NCBI GenBank assembly: GCA_964440545.1
Contig: CAYTSO010000003.1
Coordinates: forward strand, 35,184 to 99,183
Source: an uncultured Candidatus Saccharibacteria bacterium
GTDB taxonomy: Bacteria > Patescibacteriota > Minisyncoccia > Phycocordibacterales > UBA9973
Reading direction: 5' to 3'
DNA: 64,000 bases
Position numbers and translations under genes: made by a program. The notes beneath the pieces were generated by a model. It did no database searches, was not told where the DNA came from, and saw nothing but the letters and a program-made list of their open reading frames with translations. Position 1 is the stretch's first letter. The number at the start of each line of letters is the position of its first letter. Below are positions 1 to 10,447 of the stretch, piece after piece.

Positions 1-1
1 T

Positions 2-1000
2 GTTGAAGCAGAAAAAAATCTTATCGGTAAACAAAATTTATATGCAGATTTTTTGGAAGGTTTTCTTTTGAAGTACAGAAGAGAGCCGGGGATAGTGGGT
101 TCTTTTGCTCTTCCTTTCGCAAAAGTAAATAATAAATTTATGGCTGATTGTTTGAACCTTACAAACAAGGATATCAATGAATTGGTTCAAAAATTTAATA
201 CTGGCTTTAAAGAGTATCTCCAGGAAAAAACAGGCGCAGGCTCTGATTTTACTGAAGAGAAGCACCTTGGGGCGGAAGGAATTATCAGCGTAGTTAGATA
301 CATTGAGTCCAAAAGAGAATTCTACAAAGATTCTCCCGAGAGTGTCCATTATTTTTTTGAAAACAATCTCGATGCCAGATACGCAGTTGATTTGCTCGAG
401 GTTGTGACGGGTGTCAACGAAAAAGGGGAGAAATTTACCAAAACCATAAATTTAGTTCAGGTTAAATCAAAAGAGCTGTTACCAAATGAACGGGAAGATA
501 TTCGGGAAAACCATCGCGAGTACTATAAGATGGTCAATAGTTTTGAATTACGCGAGAGAAATATTTTTCTAGATAATTTGACAAAAGAAATTCTTCTAAA
601 AAATGCTGGAGAAGTTAAAGAACTCATTTATGATATTTGTACTGATCCGAAGGGTTTTGATCCAGATATATTTATCTCAAATCTCAACATTAAGGATTTG
701 AACGATAGACACAAAGTATCTCTGTTGCTTCGATATTTAGCGGTCGTTGAAAGGTATGTTCCTGTTATAAGGAAAGATAAAAAAAAATATGAATTAACAG
801 ACAAGGACATTGATACGGCCCTAGAAGCTCTAAAAAAACTAGAGGACAAGGTTATGCAACTAAAACAAAAGATTAATACAAATGGCCCTCAAATAAATTC
901 CGTGATTGCCTATTGGGCTGAACGTGGGTTAGAAACAGAAAAGGAAGAGCTAGTGGAAGAGCCAAAGGGGAAAATACTTAATTTTAAACAAAAAAAATAA
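2..1000 (+). CDS. hypothetical protein (reading frame open to window edge; annotated start at 53 is TTG, gene may be 5'-partial)
   Basis: Long ORF with no stop codon upstream to position 2. No recognisable motifs in the 315-aa product. Confidence 0.45.
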   Translation, partial: VEAEKNLIGKQNLYADFLEGFLLKYRREPGIVGSFALPFAKVNNKFMADCLNLTNKDINELVQKFNTGFKEYLQEKTGAGSDFTEEKHLGAEGIISVVRYIESKREFYKDSPESVHYFFENNLDARYAVDLLEVVTGVNEKGEKFTKTINLVQVKSKELLPNEREDIRENHREYYKMVNSFELRERNIFLDNLTKEILLKNAGEVKELIYDICTDPKGFDPDIFISNLNIKDLNDRHKVSLLLRYLAVVERYVPVIRKDKKKYELTDKDIDTALEALKKLEDKVMQLKQKINTNGPQINSVIAYWAERGLETEKEELVEEPKGKILNFKQKK

Positions 1001-1001
1001 C

Positions 1002-1235
1002 ATGACTGAGAAAATCAAGATAGAAAACAAAAATACCAAGCCGAAGGAAGAAGGATTAATCACCCCACCTGGCAGCATCCCCCTAGAGGTTGTTGTTGAC
1101 AATACGACTCTCTTGAGTGAACACTTTTCAAGACAAGAAGCAGATCGAAAAGAAAAAGAAGCGCTGCTCGAACAGCAAGAGATAACAATAGAAGAATTGA
1201 TTCAAAAGATCAAAGAGGGGAAAGGGCAGGCATAA
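1002..1235 (+). CDS. hypothetical small acidic protein
   Basis: 77-aa ORF directly abutting the upstream ORF. Lys/Glu-rich with no recognisable motif. Confidence 0.35.
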   Translation: MTEKIKIENKNTKPKEEGLITPPGSIPLEVVVDNTTLLSEHFSRQEADRKEKEALLEQQEITIEELIQKIKEGKGQA

Positions 1236-1329
1236 TTTTTTACTGAGTTAATATTGTTAATTTAATAAAACTATGTTATTATGCAACAAAGCTCAGATGG
1301 TTGCCCGGGCTTTTTTGTTTGGTTGAATT

Positions 1330-3135
1330 ATGGAAATAAGAAACATTGCAATAATTGCACACGTAGATCACGGCAAAACAACTTTGACCGACGCCTTGAT
1401 GCGCCAATTTGGGACTTTGCCGGAGGAAAATTTTACCATGGACGTGAACGACCTAGAAAAAGAACGTGGTATAACTATTTATTCAAAAAATACGTCTATT
1501 GATTACAAAGGGACGAAGATAAATATAGTAGACACACCCGGTCATGCTGATTTTGGCTCAGAAGTGGAACGTGTTTTACGGGCAATCGACTCAGTTCTTT
1601 TGTTGGTGGACGCAGCTGAAGGACCAATGCCTCAAACCAGATTTGTTTTAAAAAAATCCCTTGAATTAGGACTCAAACCAATCGTAGTAATAAACAAAAT
1701 AGACAAACCAGCTGCTGATCCACATCAAACACATGAAAAAATTCTAGAATTATTTTTTGAACTAGGAGCAAACGAGGAACAGGCAAATTTCGAAACAGTT
1801 TACGCTAATGGCCGAGCAGGTATTGCTTATAAAAACCTAGGCGATAAATCTAATGATTTGTCCCCAATTGTGGATATGATTTTAGAAAAAGTTCCTCATG
1901 CTGCCGTTGACGAGAACGGCAAGATGTCAGCCCAAGTTTTTAATTTGGGTTATGATAATTTTTTGGGAAGAATGGCGATTGCTCGAATATATTCCGGAAA
2001 GATATTTTCCGGAAGTCAGGTCTTTGTGAAAGGGGAAAATAGCATCCGAAGAGGAAAAATTACGAAATTGTTTTCTTTTGAAGGAATAAATAGAAAGGAA
2101 GTTGAAAGTGCCTCCTCTGGTGATATCGTTCTTTTGGCTGGAATCCCAGATATTTATATTGGGGAGACAATTTGCGAAGATGAAAAAGTAGAAGCACTAC
2201 CTCACATCGCGATTGACGAACCAACCTTATCTCTCAATTTTTTAGTAAACGATTCTCCTTTTGCTGGACGAGAAGGAAAGTATGTTACCTCTAGGCAGAT
2301 AAAAGAAAGATTGGAAAAAGAATTAGAAATTAATGTTGGTCTAAAGATCGATTTTTCTCCGGAAGAAGGAAGAGACAAAATGGGTCCAAGTTTTTTTAAA
2401 GTATATGGACGAGGAGAATTACACGTTGCGGTTCTTCTTGAAAATATGCGTCGAGAAGGTTTCGAGATTCAGGTTTCTCAGCCGGAGGTTATTCTCAAGG
2501 AGAATGATGGCGAGCTTCTTGAACCTTACGAGGAATTGTTAATTGATGTACCGGTAGAATTTTCTGGCAGTGTAATTGAAAAAATTGGCAAAAGACGAGG
2601 TATTTTGAAAGATATGGTTGAAAAAGAAGGAATCGTAAGGATCGTTTTTAGCATACCGACCCGCGGACTCTTAGGCTACCGAGGAGAATTTATCATAGAC
2701 ACAAGGGGGGAAGGTATCATGTCTTCTCGGTTTACGGGTTTTAAAAAGCATGCGGGAGAAATTAGAAAAAGAGAATATGGATCTATGGTTTCTATTGCTG
2801 ACGGTAAGGCAGTTGCCTTTTCACTTGCCAATTTACAGGAACGTGGTATATTATATGTAGGCCATGGAGATTTGGTTTACGAGGGTATGGTTATTGGCAA
2901 TGTGCTAAAGGGAGAAGACATGTCCGTAAATCCCACCAAAGGAAAGCAACTTACCAACATGCGGGCTTCTGGGACTGACGAAGCCATTGTTTTAAATCCA
3001 GTCTTTGTTTTAAACATCGAAAGGGGCCTTGAAGTTATGAACGAAGATGATTATTTGGAAATTACCCCTAAATCTGTCAGGCTTCGCAAGAGACACTTAA
3101 CTGAATTAGATCGAGTTAGAGCAAAAAGAGAATAA
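1330..3135 (+). CDS. typA: translational GTPase TypA/BipA
   Basis: N-terminus [17 protein letters not shown] (G1), DTPGHADF (G3) and NKIDK (G4). The 601-aa length and EF-G-like domain order match BipA. Confidence 0.9.
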   Translation: MEIRNIAIIAHVDHGKTTLTDALMRQFGTLPEENFTMDVNDLEKERGITIYSKNTSIDYKGTKINIVDTPGHADFGSEVERVLRAIDSVLLLVDAAEGPMPQTRFVLKKSLELGLKPIVVINKIDKPAADPHQTHEKILELFFELGANEEQANFETVYANGRAGIAYKNLGDKSNDLSPIVDMILEKVPHAAVDENGKMSAQVFNLGYDNFLGRMAIARIYSGKIFSGSQVFVKGENSIRRGKITKLFSFEGINRKEVESASSGDIVLLAGIPDIYIGETICEDEKVEALPHIAIDEPTLSLNFLVNDSPFAGREGKYVTSRQIKERLEKELEINVGLKIDFSPEEGRDKMGPSFFKVYGRGELHVAVLLENMRREGFEIQVSQPEVILKENDGELLEPYEELLIDVPVEFSGSVIEKIGKRRGILKDMVEKEGIVRIVFSIPTRGLLGYRGEFIIDTRGEGIMSSRFTGFKKHAGEIRKREYGSMVSIADGKAVAFSLANLQERGILYVGHGDLVYEGMVIGNVLKGEDMSVNPTKGKQLTNMRASGTDEAIVLNPVFVLNIERGLEVMNEDDYLEITPKSVRLRKRHLTELDRVRAKRE

Positions 3136-3167
3136 AAGAATGAAATTTTAATAATTAATGTTATAAT

Positions 3168-4205
3168 ATGGATATGCCAACAATATCTTTTAAACCAAAA
3201 AAAATTACCCAAAAAATAACTTCACATCTCCAAGATCGTTCTGCGGATGTTCTTATGAATCGTTTTGGTCTTACGGCCGACGGAAAGAGAAAAACTCTTG
3301 AGGAAATTGGTAAAAAATATAATATTACCAGAGAGCGAGTTCGTCAGATTGAGGATGTGGCTATAAATTTGATTAAAAAATCAAATGCTTTTAAAGCAGA
3401 ACAAGCGGTTTTTGAAGAGATAAAAAAAATAATTCATTCCTTGGGTTCAATTGTTGCTGAACATGAATTGTTGGCGCATATTTCAAAAGATAAAAGCGTT
3501 CAGAACCATATTCATTTTTATTTAACTCTTGGAGACTTTTTCAAAAGACACCGCGAAGACAATCATTTTCATACTCGTTGGAGCGTAGACGACGAAATGG
3601 CAGAAAAAGTCCATGATGCTCTTCATAAGCTGTATGCAAGCTTGGGTGATGAGGATTTAATACCAGAAACGGAGATGATAAAAAAGTTCTTTGGTCACTT
3701 GAAGGACGTTGCTGAACAATATAGAGATGAAGAAATAGCCAAGCGCTGGCTCTCTATGTCAAAAATAGTTTCCAAAAATCCCTTGGGAGAGTGGGGAAAA
3801 TCCTCTTCTCCAAATATTCGTACACGCGGAGTCAAAGATTATGCTTATCTTATAATGAGACGCCACGGTTCCCCGATGCATTTTAGAGAAGTAGCAGACG
3901 CCATTTCTAAAACTTTCGGGAAAAAAATACATTACGCTACCTGTCACAACGAACTCATTAGGGATTCTCGTTTTGTGTTGGTGGGAAGGGGAATGTATGC
4001 TCTTTCTGAGTGGGGGTACAAGACCGGTATTGCCCGAGAAGTCATTCAAGATATATTAAAGAAAGCAAAAGAGCCTCTAACTAAGGACGAAGTCGTAAAA
4101 AGAGTAATGAAAGAGAGGTATTTCAAGAAAAATACAATTTTAGTGAATCTAGCCAACTCAAAATATTTCAAGAAAAACAAAGAAGGACTTTACTCTCTAG
4201 CATAA
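3168..4205 (+). CDS. sigma-70 region-4-like HTH domain protein (no regions 2/3)
   Basis: N-terminal segment LEEIGKKYNITRERVRQIE is the sigma-70 region 4.2 helix-turn-helix signature. The remaining ~280 aa have no recognisable motif. Confidence 0.55.
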   Translation: MDMPTISFKPKKITQKITSHLQDRSADVLMNRFGLTADGKRKTLEEIGKKYNITRERVRQIEDVAINLIKKSNAFKAEQAVFEEIKKIIHSLGSIVAEHELLAHISKDKSVQNHIHFYLTLGDFFKRHREDNHFHTRWSVDDEMAEKVHDALHKLYASLGDEDLIPETEMIKKFFGHLKDVAEQYRDEEIAKRWLSMSKIVSKNPLGEWGKSSSPNIRTRGVKDYAYLIMRRHGSPMHFREVADAISKTFGKKIHYATCHNELIRDSRFVLVGRGMYALSEWGYKTGIAREVIQDILKKAKEPLTKDEVVKRVMKERYFKKNTILVNLANSKYFKKNKEGLYSLA

Positions 4206-4254
4206 TATTATTTGTTTGCTTTGTTTATTTTGCTTTATATATTAAAATATAGGC

Positions 4255-5673
4255 ATGGCTGATGCGAAAAAAAAGGAGGAAGAATCAGTGGAAGGCAGTA
4301 TTGCCAAGAGCATAGAAGATTTTATAAAAGAACATTGGATTTGGATTTTAGTTACAATCCTTATTTTTTTGATTTGGAAATATAACCTGATAATAGCGAC
4401 ACTAGCCGTCGCCGGGACTGCATTTTTGGGCTGGGTGGCCTGGAAGTTCTGGGTTCATTATGTTCAGCAAGATTTTATTTCGGGTATAGATTTTGCTTTG
4501 CTTGAAATTATTCCTCCGCGCGAAGTATTACGTTCCCCAAAAGCAATGGAGCTTTTTATTACTAACGCCCTTTATCACTGGAGCATGAAAGGGGGTAAAG
4601 AGCAGTACTGGCAAGGAGCAGTCTGGTTTTGGTTTTCTTTAGAACTTGTCTCGATTGATGGGCAAGTGCATTTTTATTTACGAACACCTACACGGGTTAG
4701 AAGTTTAATTGAAACTCAAATATATGCGCAATATCCTCAAGCACAAGTAAGGGTCGTGGAGGATTATACTTTGGCTGTTGATGAAATTACTCCCTGGAGC
4801 TCCTGGACTGGCTGGGGTTGTGAGTTTGCCCTAGCAAAACCTGAGGCTTATCCAATAAAAACTTATACTGATTTTGGATTAGACAAAGACCCAAAAGAGG
4901 AATATAAAATTGATCCCATCTCTCCGGTGATTGAATTTTTTGGTTCATTGCAAAAAGGAGAACAAATGTGGATGCAAATAGTTGTACGGCCTTCAAAAAA
5001 AGAATATCACACTGCCGGCACCTTGTTTGGGCATCATGATTGGGTAAAGGAAGCAGGACTGGAAATGGAAAAACTATTAGCTCCGTATACGCGTCACCAC
5101 CCACCCGACGAGGATCAAATAATTGGCGCAGCACAGACATTTGTCCCGGATAAATTAAAAAAGACGGTGGAGGGAATGACAGCAAAAACCAGTAAACTTG
5201 GTTTTGATACAGGTATAAGGGTTATGTATGTTGCCAAAAAAGAAGTTTTTTCAATGAACAACAGAAAGAGCCTTCGACTTATTTTTCGTCAATATGCAAA
5301 TCCAAATTCTAATGAATTAGTACGTCTAAACTCTACCCAGCCGGATGCCTATAATACTAGTTATTTTATGCTTTCGCAGAAGAAGGTTATGTTTCTGGCG
5401 AACAGGATGTTGCATGAATTTAGAGAAAGATCTTTTTTTCATCTTCCAATGCGCCACCGTCTATTTAATGCTCATGTGTTTGAAAAAGGAACGTGGCTGC
5501 TTTTGATGTTAGTAAAACAATTCTGGTTACCGTATTTTCATCCCAAAACTTTTGTCTTAAATGTTGAAGAGTTGGCCACCCTTTGGCACTTCCCAGGGCA
5601 GATTTTGAAGGTTCCAACACTTGAACGTATTGAATCCAAGGAAGCCTCTCCGCCTAGTAATTTACCCACCTAG
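4255..5673 (+). CDS. membrane-anchored hypothetical protein
   Basis: Two N-terminal hydrophobic helices (WIWILVTILIFLIW.. and LAVAGTAFLGWVAW) followed by a ~400-aa soluble region. No known motif. Confidence 0.5.
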   Translation: MADAKKKEEESVEGSIAKSIEDFIKEHWIWILVTILIFLIWKYNLIIATLAVAGTAFLGWVAWKFWVHYVQQDFISGIDFALLEIIPPREVLRSPKAMELFITNALYHWSMKGGKEQYWQGAVWFWFSLELVSIDGQVHFYLRTPTRVRSLIETQIYAQYPQAQVRVVEDYTLAVDEITPWSSWTGWGCEFALAKPEAYPIKTYTDFGLDKDPKEEYKIDPISPVIEFFGSLQKGEQMWMQIVVRPSKKEYHTAGTLFGHHDWVKEAGLEMEKLLAPYTRHHPPDEDQIIGAAQTFVPDKLKKTVEGMTAKTSKLGFDTGIRVMYVAKKEVFSMNNRKSLRLIFRQYANPNSNELVRLNSTQPDAYNTSYFMLSQKKVMFLANRMLHEFRERSFFHLPMRHRLFNAHVFEKGTWLLLMLVKQFWLPYFHPKTFVLNVEELATLWHFPGQILKVPTLERIESKEASPPSNLPT

Positions 5674-5679
5674 ACTATC

Positions 5680-6609
5680 ATGGAAAACATTTCTTTATCT
5701 AATGGTGAATTTGAGTACCCCAATCCCAGATTAAATAAAAGGGTTGTTTTTTATGTTTTAGGCGTAATAATATTTTTATTTTTTTTTAATTTTTTATTTT
5801 TAAGCGCTCCAATGGATTTTCCAGTTAAGTCGGTGTTGGAAATAGAGCCCGGAATGAGTTTGCGAAGTGTTTCTTTAAAATTAAAAAATGAAAATTATAT
5901 ACGCTCACGCCTTGCGCTTGAGGCTTTTGTCATAATTTTTGACAAAGAAAAACGCGTAATTTCTACAAACTATTATTTTGAAGGAAAACTGTCTGTTTAT
6001 GAAATTGCCAGACGGATAACTAAAGGTGAACACGAAATGGCGCCTATCTCCGTCACGATTCCAGAGGGCTTTAATGTAAATCAGATCGGAGATATTTTCG
6101 CAGAGAAATTAATAAATTTTGATAAAACAAAATTTTTACTGACAACTGAGAATTTAGAAGGATATCTTTTTCCAGACACCTACTTTTTCCTGGTAAATGA
6201 TAACGAAGAGAGTGTAGTAAAATCAATGAGCAAAAATTTTGAAAAAAAAATCGATCCTCTTCTTCTAGAAATTACTGCTTCCGGCAAGACCATAGAAGAC
6301 ATAATTATTATGGCCTCGATTATTGAAGGTGAGGCAAAAGGTGATGCTGACAGAGACATTATTTCTGGAATTTTATGGAAAAGAATTTCTATTAATATGC
6401 CACTACAGGTTGATGTTGCTATGGAAACATACAAAACAAAAGGTTTGCCTGATAGGCCGATCGGAAACCCGGGGCTTTTGGCTATTAAGGCAGCAATTTA
6501 CCCAAAAAGTTCTTCTTATCTTTATTATTTACATGACAAAGATGGAAATATTCATTATTCAAGGACTTATTCTGAACATCTAAAAAACATTTCAAAATAT
6601 TTGAAATAA
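5680..6609 (+). CDS. mltG: endolytic murein transglycosylase MltG (YceG family)
   Basis: N-terminal TM helix, a VTIPEGFNVNQIGD motif and LPDRPIGNPGLLAIKAAIYP, which are the characteristic YceG/MltG signatures. Confidence 0.8.
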   Translation: MENISLSNGEFEYPNPRLNKRVVFYVLGVIIFLFFFNFLFLSAPMDFPVKSVLEIEPGMSLRSVSLKLKNENYIRSRLALEAFVIIFDKEKRVISTNYYFEGKLSVYEIARRITKGEHEMAPISVTIPEGFNVNQIGDIFAEKLINFDKTKFLLTTENLEGYLFPDTYFFLVNDNEESVVKSMSKNFEKKIDPLLLEITASGKTIEDIIIMASIIEGEAKGDADRDIISGILWKRISINMPLQVDVAMETYKTKGLPDRPIGNPGLLAIKAAIYPKSSSYLYYLHDKDGNIHYSRTYSEHLKNISKYLK

Positions 6610-6614
6610 AAAAC

Positions 6615-7142
6615 ATGCGAAAACACAATTTGGCTTTTATAGATATTGAATTAACAGGGCTTGATTTAATTAAACATGAAATAATTGAAATTGGTTGTAT
6701 TATAACCAAGCCAAATTTTGAGGTAGTTGAGGAATTCGAAATAAAAATAAAACCTGAAAGAATTGAGGATGCCGATCCAACCTCTCTAAAAATAAATCAT
6801 TATGATGAAGAAAAATGGAAAGGCGCCTATTCTTTGAAGGAAGCGCTTGAATTTTTTTCTGAAAAAGTCTGTGATTGTATAATGATCGGACACAATGTCG
6901 CTTTTGATTCTGGTTTCCTGGAATATGCTTTTTCCAAGACCGGAATTAAAAATACCATGCATTACCATAAATTAGATACGATTTCTGTCGCCTGGGCTAA
7001 GTTGCACCAAAAGCCAGGCATTGAACATTTTTCCTTACGTGACCTATGTTTGCATTTTGATATAAAAAACGAAAATGCACACACCGCTCTTTCTGATGCT
7101 CGAGCAACTTTCGAGCTTTACAAAAAATTGATGGAATTGTAA
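6615..7142 (+). CDS. DEDDh 3'-5' exonuclease (DnaQ/epsilon-like)
   Basis: FIDIELTGLD (Exo I), HNVAFDSGFL (Exo II) and HTALSDARAT (Exo III) motifs. Confidence 0.75.
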   Translation: MRKHNLAFIDIELTGLDLIKHEIIEIGCIITKPNFEVVEEFEIKIKPERIEDADPTSLKINHYDEEKWKGAYSLKEALEFFSEKVCDCIMIGHNVAFDSGFLEYAFSKTGIKNTMHYHKLDTISVAWAKLHQKPGIEHFSLRDLCLHFDIKNENAHTALSDARATFELYKKLMEL

Positions 7143-7151
7143 GTTTAACCT

Positions 7152-8300
7152 ATGAGAAAAAAAATTGTTAACGGCGAGCGCAGTCGAACTGTTTTTGTGG
7201 GACTTTCTGGGGGCGTTGATTCCGCAGTTTCAGCGGCATTGTTGAAAAAACAAGGATACGAAGTGGTAGGGGTCTTTATCAAAACCTGGCATCCGGATTT
7301 TTTGGTTTGCAATGAAGAAGAAGAACGCCTTGATGCTATGCGCGTCGCGGCTCATTTAGATATTCCTTTTTTAACTTTTAATCTTAGAGATGTTTACAAA
7401 AAAGAAGTAGCGGACTACATGATTCGCGAATACAAAGCAGGCAGAACCCCCAATCCAGACGTAATGTGCAACAAAGAAGTTAAATTTGGCGCATTTCTAA
7501 AAAAGGCAATTTTCATGGGTGCAGATTTTGTAGCCACGGGGCATTATGCGATTGACAGCTCCGCAAAAACTGCTTTTTTTCAGGTCCTCGGTTCTCCTCG
7601 CTTTGCTCGGCCAGACCATTCAAAAAAGCAATTTTTGCTTCGCGGAGCTGATGTCGGCAAAGATCAAAGTTATTTTTTATGGACCTTAACACAAAAACAA
7701 CTAAATAAAATTTTATTTCCAATAGGCAATCTCAAAAAAACAGAAGTGCGGAAACTGGCAAAAAAATTTAAATTACCCGTCGCAGAGAAAAAAGACAGTC
7801 AGGGTATTTGTTTTTTGGGTGAAGTAGACTTAAAAGAATTTTTAAAGCATTACATAAAAACAAAGAGGGGAAAGGTGCTTACAGAAACTGGAAAAGAAGT
7901 TGGTTTTCACAATGGTGTTGCCTTTCATACCTTGGGAGAAAGACATGGTTTTACAATTACCAAAAAAAATCCCACAGACGGACCGCATTACATAATTGGC
8001 AAGGATTTTAAAAAAAACATCTTGATTGTGTCACAAAATAAAAACTATTTCAAAGCCTCTTTTGCAGATAGTTTTTGTTTAAGTTTAGAAAAAGTAAATT
8101 GGATTTGTGATGTTCCCAAAGAAAATGAGAACTATGTTGCCCAAATTCGTTATCATGGTGAGTTTTTGTCATGCAAGATAAAGATAAATTCTAAAACAAA
8201 GGCGCAAGTGTTTTTTAAAAAACCAATTTTGGTTGCCTCTGGGCAGTCTGTAGTTTTGTACGATAAAAATGTTTGTTTGGGTGGCGGAATAGTAGTATAA
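7152..8300 (+). CDS. mnmA: tRNA-specific 2-thiouridylase MnmA
   Basis: LSGGVDSAV PP-loop and the GRTPNPDVMCNKEVKF catalytic Cys region. 382-aa length fits MnmA. Confidence 0.9.
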   Translation: MRKKIVNGERSRTVFVGLSGGVDSAVSAALLKKQGYEVVGVFIKTWHPDFLVCNEEEERLDAMRVAAHLDIPFLTFNLRDVYKKEVADYMIREYKAGRTPNPDVMCNKEVKFGAFLKKAIFMGADFVATGHYAIDSSAKTAFFQVLGSPRFARPDHSKKQFLLRGADVGKDQSYFLWTLTQKQLNKILFPIGNLKKTEVRKLAKKFKLPVAEKKDSQGICFLGEVDLKEFLKHYIKTKRGKVLTETGKEVGFHNGVAFHTLGERHGFTITKKNPTDGPHYIIGKDFKKNILIVSQNKNYFKASFADSFCLSLEKVNWICDVPKENENYVAQIRYHGEFLSCKIKINSKTKAQVFFKKPILVASGQSVVLYDKNVCLGGGIVV

Positions 8301-8307
8301 TACCCAA

Positions 8308-8793
8308 ATGACCAAATTATTTTTAGCAAATCAAGACATTATTATAAAACTAGTTCTTTCAATGAGCTTGGGTATGGTTATCGGCATAGAGAGGTATATT
8401 GCTCATAAATCAGCCGGGATGCGCACTTATGCCCTCCTTTCCATGGGAGCGGCTCTTTTTGTGGTGCTTGGAAATGCTGTCATCAATTCATATATGAATC
8501 TTTCTTCAATTGGGATGAGTCCTCTTCAGATAATAGCGGCTGTTATTACCGGTATTGGGTTTCTTGGGGCTGGGGCAATGTTTAAAAACGAATCAACCTT
8601 GATTGGTCTTACCACCGCTACTGGACTTTGGGTTTCTGCTGGGATAGGAATGGCTGTTGGTTTTGGGTTTTATGCTCTTGCAATAATTACTACCATATTA
8701 ATTCTTTTCATCTTTGTTATTCTCTGGATTTTAGAGAAACGAATATTAGATAAAATTTCCGATAAGCGTCCGCCACAAAAAGAAAATTTATAA
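8308..8793 (+). CDS. MgtC/SapB family membrane protein
   Basis: GMVIGIERYIAHKSAGMRTYALLSMGAALF is the MgtC N-terminal signature. Four to five TM helices. Confidence 0.75.
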   Translation: MTKLFLANQDIIIKLVLSMSLGMVIGIERYIAHKSAGMRTYALLSMGAALFVVLGNAVINSYMNLSSIGMSPLQIIAAVITGIGFLGAGAMFKNESTLIGLTTATGLWVSAGIGMAVGFGFYALAIITTILILFIFVILWILEKRILDKISDKRPPQKENL

Positions 8794-8796
8794 GAT

Positions 8797-10440
8797 ATGG
8801 AATCTAGAGAAATAAGGAAAAAGTTTTTAGAATTTTTTAAAAAAAGGGGACACAAAATAATTCCTTCGTCTTCTTTAATGCCGAGCGACCCTTCGGTGCT
8901 TTTTACTACAGCAGGCATGCAACAGTTTAAAACATATTACCTTAACCCTCAAAAAGCCGAAAAAGATTTTGGTAATAAAAACATCGTTACGGTGCAAAAA
9001 TGCATACGCACTAGTGATATTGATGAAGTAGGAGATTCCACTCATTTGACGTTTTTTGAAATGCTTGGAAATTTTTCTTTTGGAGGTTATGGAAGAAAGG
9101 AGGCGATTGAATATGCCCATGATTTCATCACCAAGGAAATGAATTTGAATATCTCTTATGTTACTGTTTATGAAGGAAGCGAAAATGTTTCTCGAGACAC
9201 GGATTCGGCAAAATACTGGAAGGATTTAGGTATCAAAAATATTAAGGAAGAAGGAGCTGATGTTTTTTGGGGGCCAACAGGAGATTCGGGTCCTTGTGGT
9301 CCAACTACAGAAATTTATTGCAAAAATGCCGACGGTGATGATGTTGAAATTTGGAATATAGTTTTTAATGAATATTTTTGTGACGGATCACGCGAGGAAT
9401 TAGATAAAGGTAATGCTAATTTAAAAAAATTAAATGTTTTAGGAATTGATACAGGGATGGGCCTTGAGCGACTGCTGGCAATATCGCAAAAGAAAAAAAA
9501 TGTATATGAGACGGATCTGTTTGGTGATGAAAAAACAAAAAAAGAACGAATTGTCGCTGACCATGTAAAAGCTGCCCTCTTTGTGATTTCCGACGGCGTA
9601 ATTCCTTCGAACACTGGAGCTGGTTATGTTCTCCGAAGATTAATTAGAAGAGCAGTCAGGTTTTCTGATCGTCCATTAGCTCAGGAAATTGAAAAAATAA
9701 AAAAAATTTATAAAGACGTATACAAGCTTGAAGATGGGGGAGAAATAGAAAAAGAAGAGGGCAAATTCAGACAGACCCTGCAAAACGGATTAAAAGAATT
9801 TGAGAAGGGAGTGGATCCATTTATTTTAGCAACTACTTATGGTTTTCCCGTTGAGCTTACTGTCGAGCTAGCCAAGGAAAAAGGACGAGTAGTTGATTTG
9901 GAAGATTTTAATAAAAAAATGACAGAACACCAAAAGCTTTCTCATACTGCTTCAGCCGGGATGTTTAAAGGAGGACTTGCTAATTACGAAGAAAAAACAA
10001 TTAAATTGCATACCGCGCATCACTTGCTTCTTGCTGGGCTGAAAGAAATTGTTGATAAAAATATTAAACAAAGGGGAAGCAATATTACCGAAGAACGATT
10101 GCGGATAGATTTTCTTTGTGATCACAAATTATCTGATGAAGAGAAAAAGAAAGTAGAGAACTGGGTGAATGAGAAAATAAATGAAGGGCTTAGTGTTGTA
10201 CGCCGGGAAATGTCTTTGACGGAAGCAGAAAAAATTGGAGCTGAAATGGAATTTGGGGCAAAATACCCAGACAAAGTATCCGTTTATTTTATAGAAGGCA
10301 AGGAAGGGAACGTTATTTCCAAAGAATTTTGTGGCGGGCCCCACGTGTCCAACACTAAAGAAATAGGACAGATTAGAATCCAAAAGGAAGAAGCGGTTGC
10401 TCGAGGAATTAGGCGCATCAAAGCAGTGCTTGTGTTATAA
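8797..10440 (+). CDS. alaS: alanine--tRNA ligase, compact form lacking C-Ala domain
   Basis: FTTAGMQQFK, DTGMGLERL, ADHVKAALFVISDG..GYVLRRLIRRA and the editing-domain motifs HTAHHLL and CGGPHV. At 547 aa it is about 300 aa shorter than canonical AlaRS. Confidence 0.85.
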   Translation: MESREIRKKFLEFFKKRGHKIIPSSSLMPSDPSVLFTTAGMQQFKTYYLNPQKAEKDFGNKNIVTVQKCIRTSDIDEVGDSTHLTFFEMLGNFSFGGYGRKEAIEYAHDFITKEMNLNISYVTVYEGSENVSRDTDSAKYWKDLGIKNIKEEGADVFWGPTGDSGPCGPTTEIYCKNADGDDVEIWNIVFNEYFCDGSREELDKGNANLKKLNVLGIDTGMGLERLLAISQKKKNVYETDLFGDEKTKKERIVADHVKAALFVISDGVIPSNTGAGYVLRRLIRRAVRFSDRPLAQEIEKIKKIYKDVYKLEDGGEIEKEEGKFRQTLQNGLKEFEKGVDPFILATTYGFPVELTVELAKEKGRVVDLEDFNKKMTEHQKLSHTASAGMFKGGLANYEEKTIKLHTAHHLLLAGLKEIVDKNIKQRGSNITEERLRIDFLCDHKLSDEEKKKVENWVNEKINEGLSVVRREMSLTEAEKIGAEMEFGAKYPDKVSVYFIEGKEGNVISKEFCGGPHVSNTKEIGQIRIQKEEAVARGIRRIKAVLVL

Positions 10441-10447
10441 TTAAGTT

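Noticed and set aside
1281-1502. 73-aa ORF overlapping the typA start in another frame
   Set aside because: Out of frame with an unambiguous GTPase gene. No independent support.
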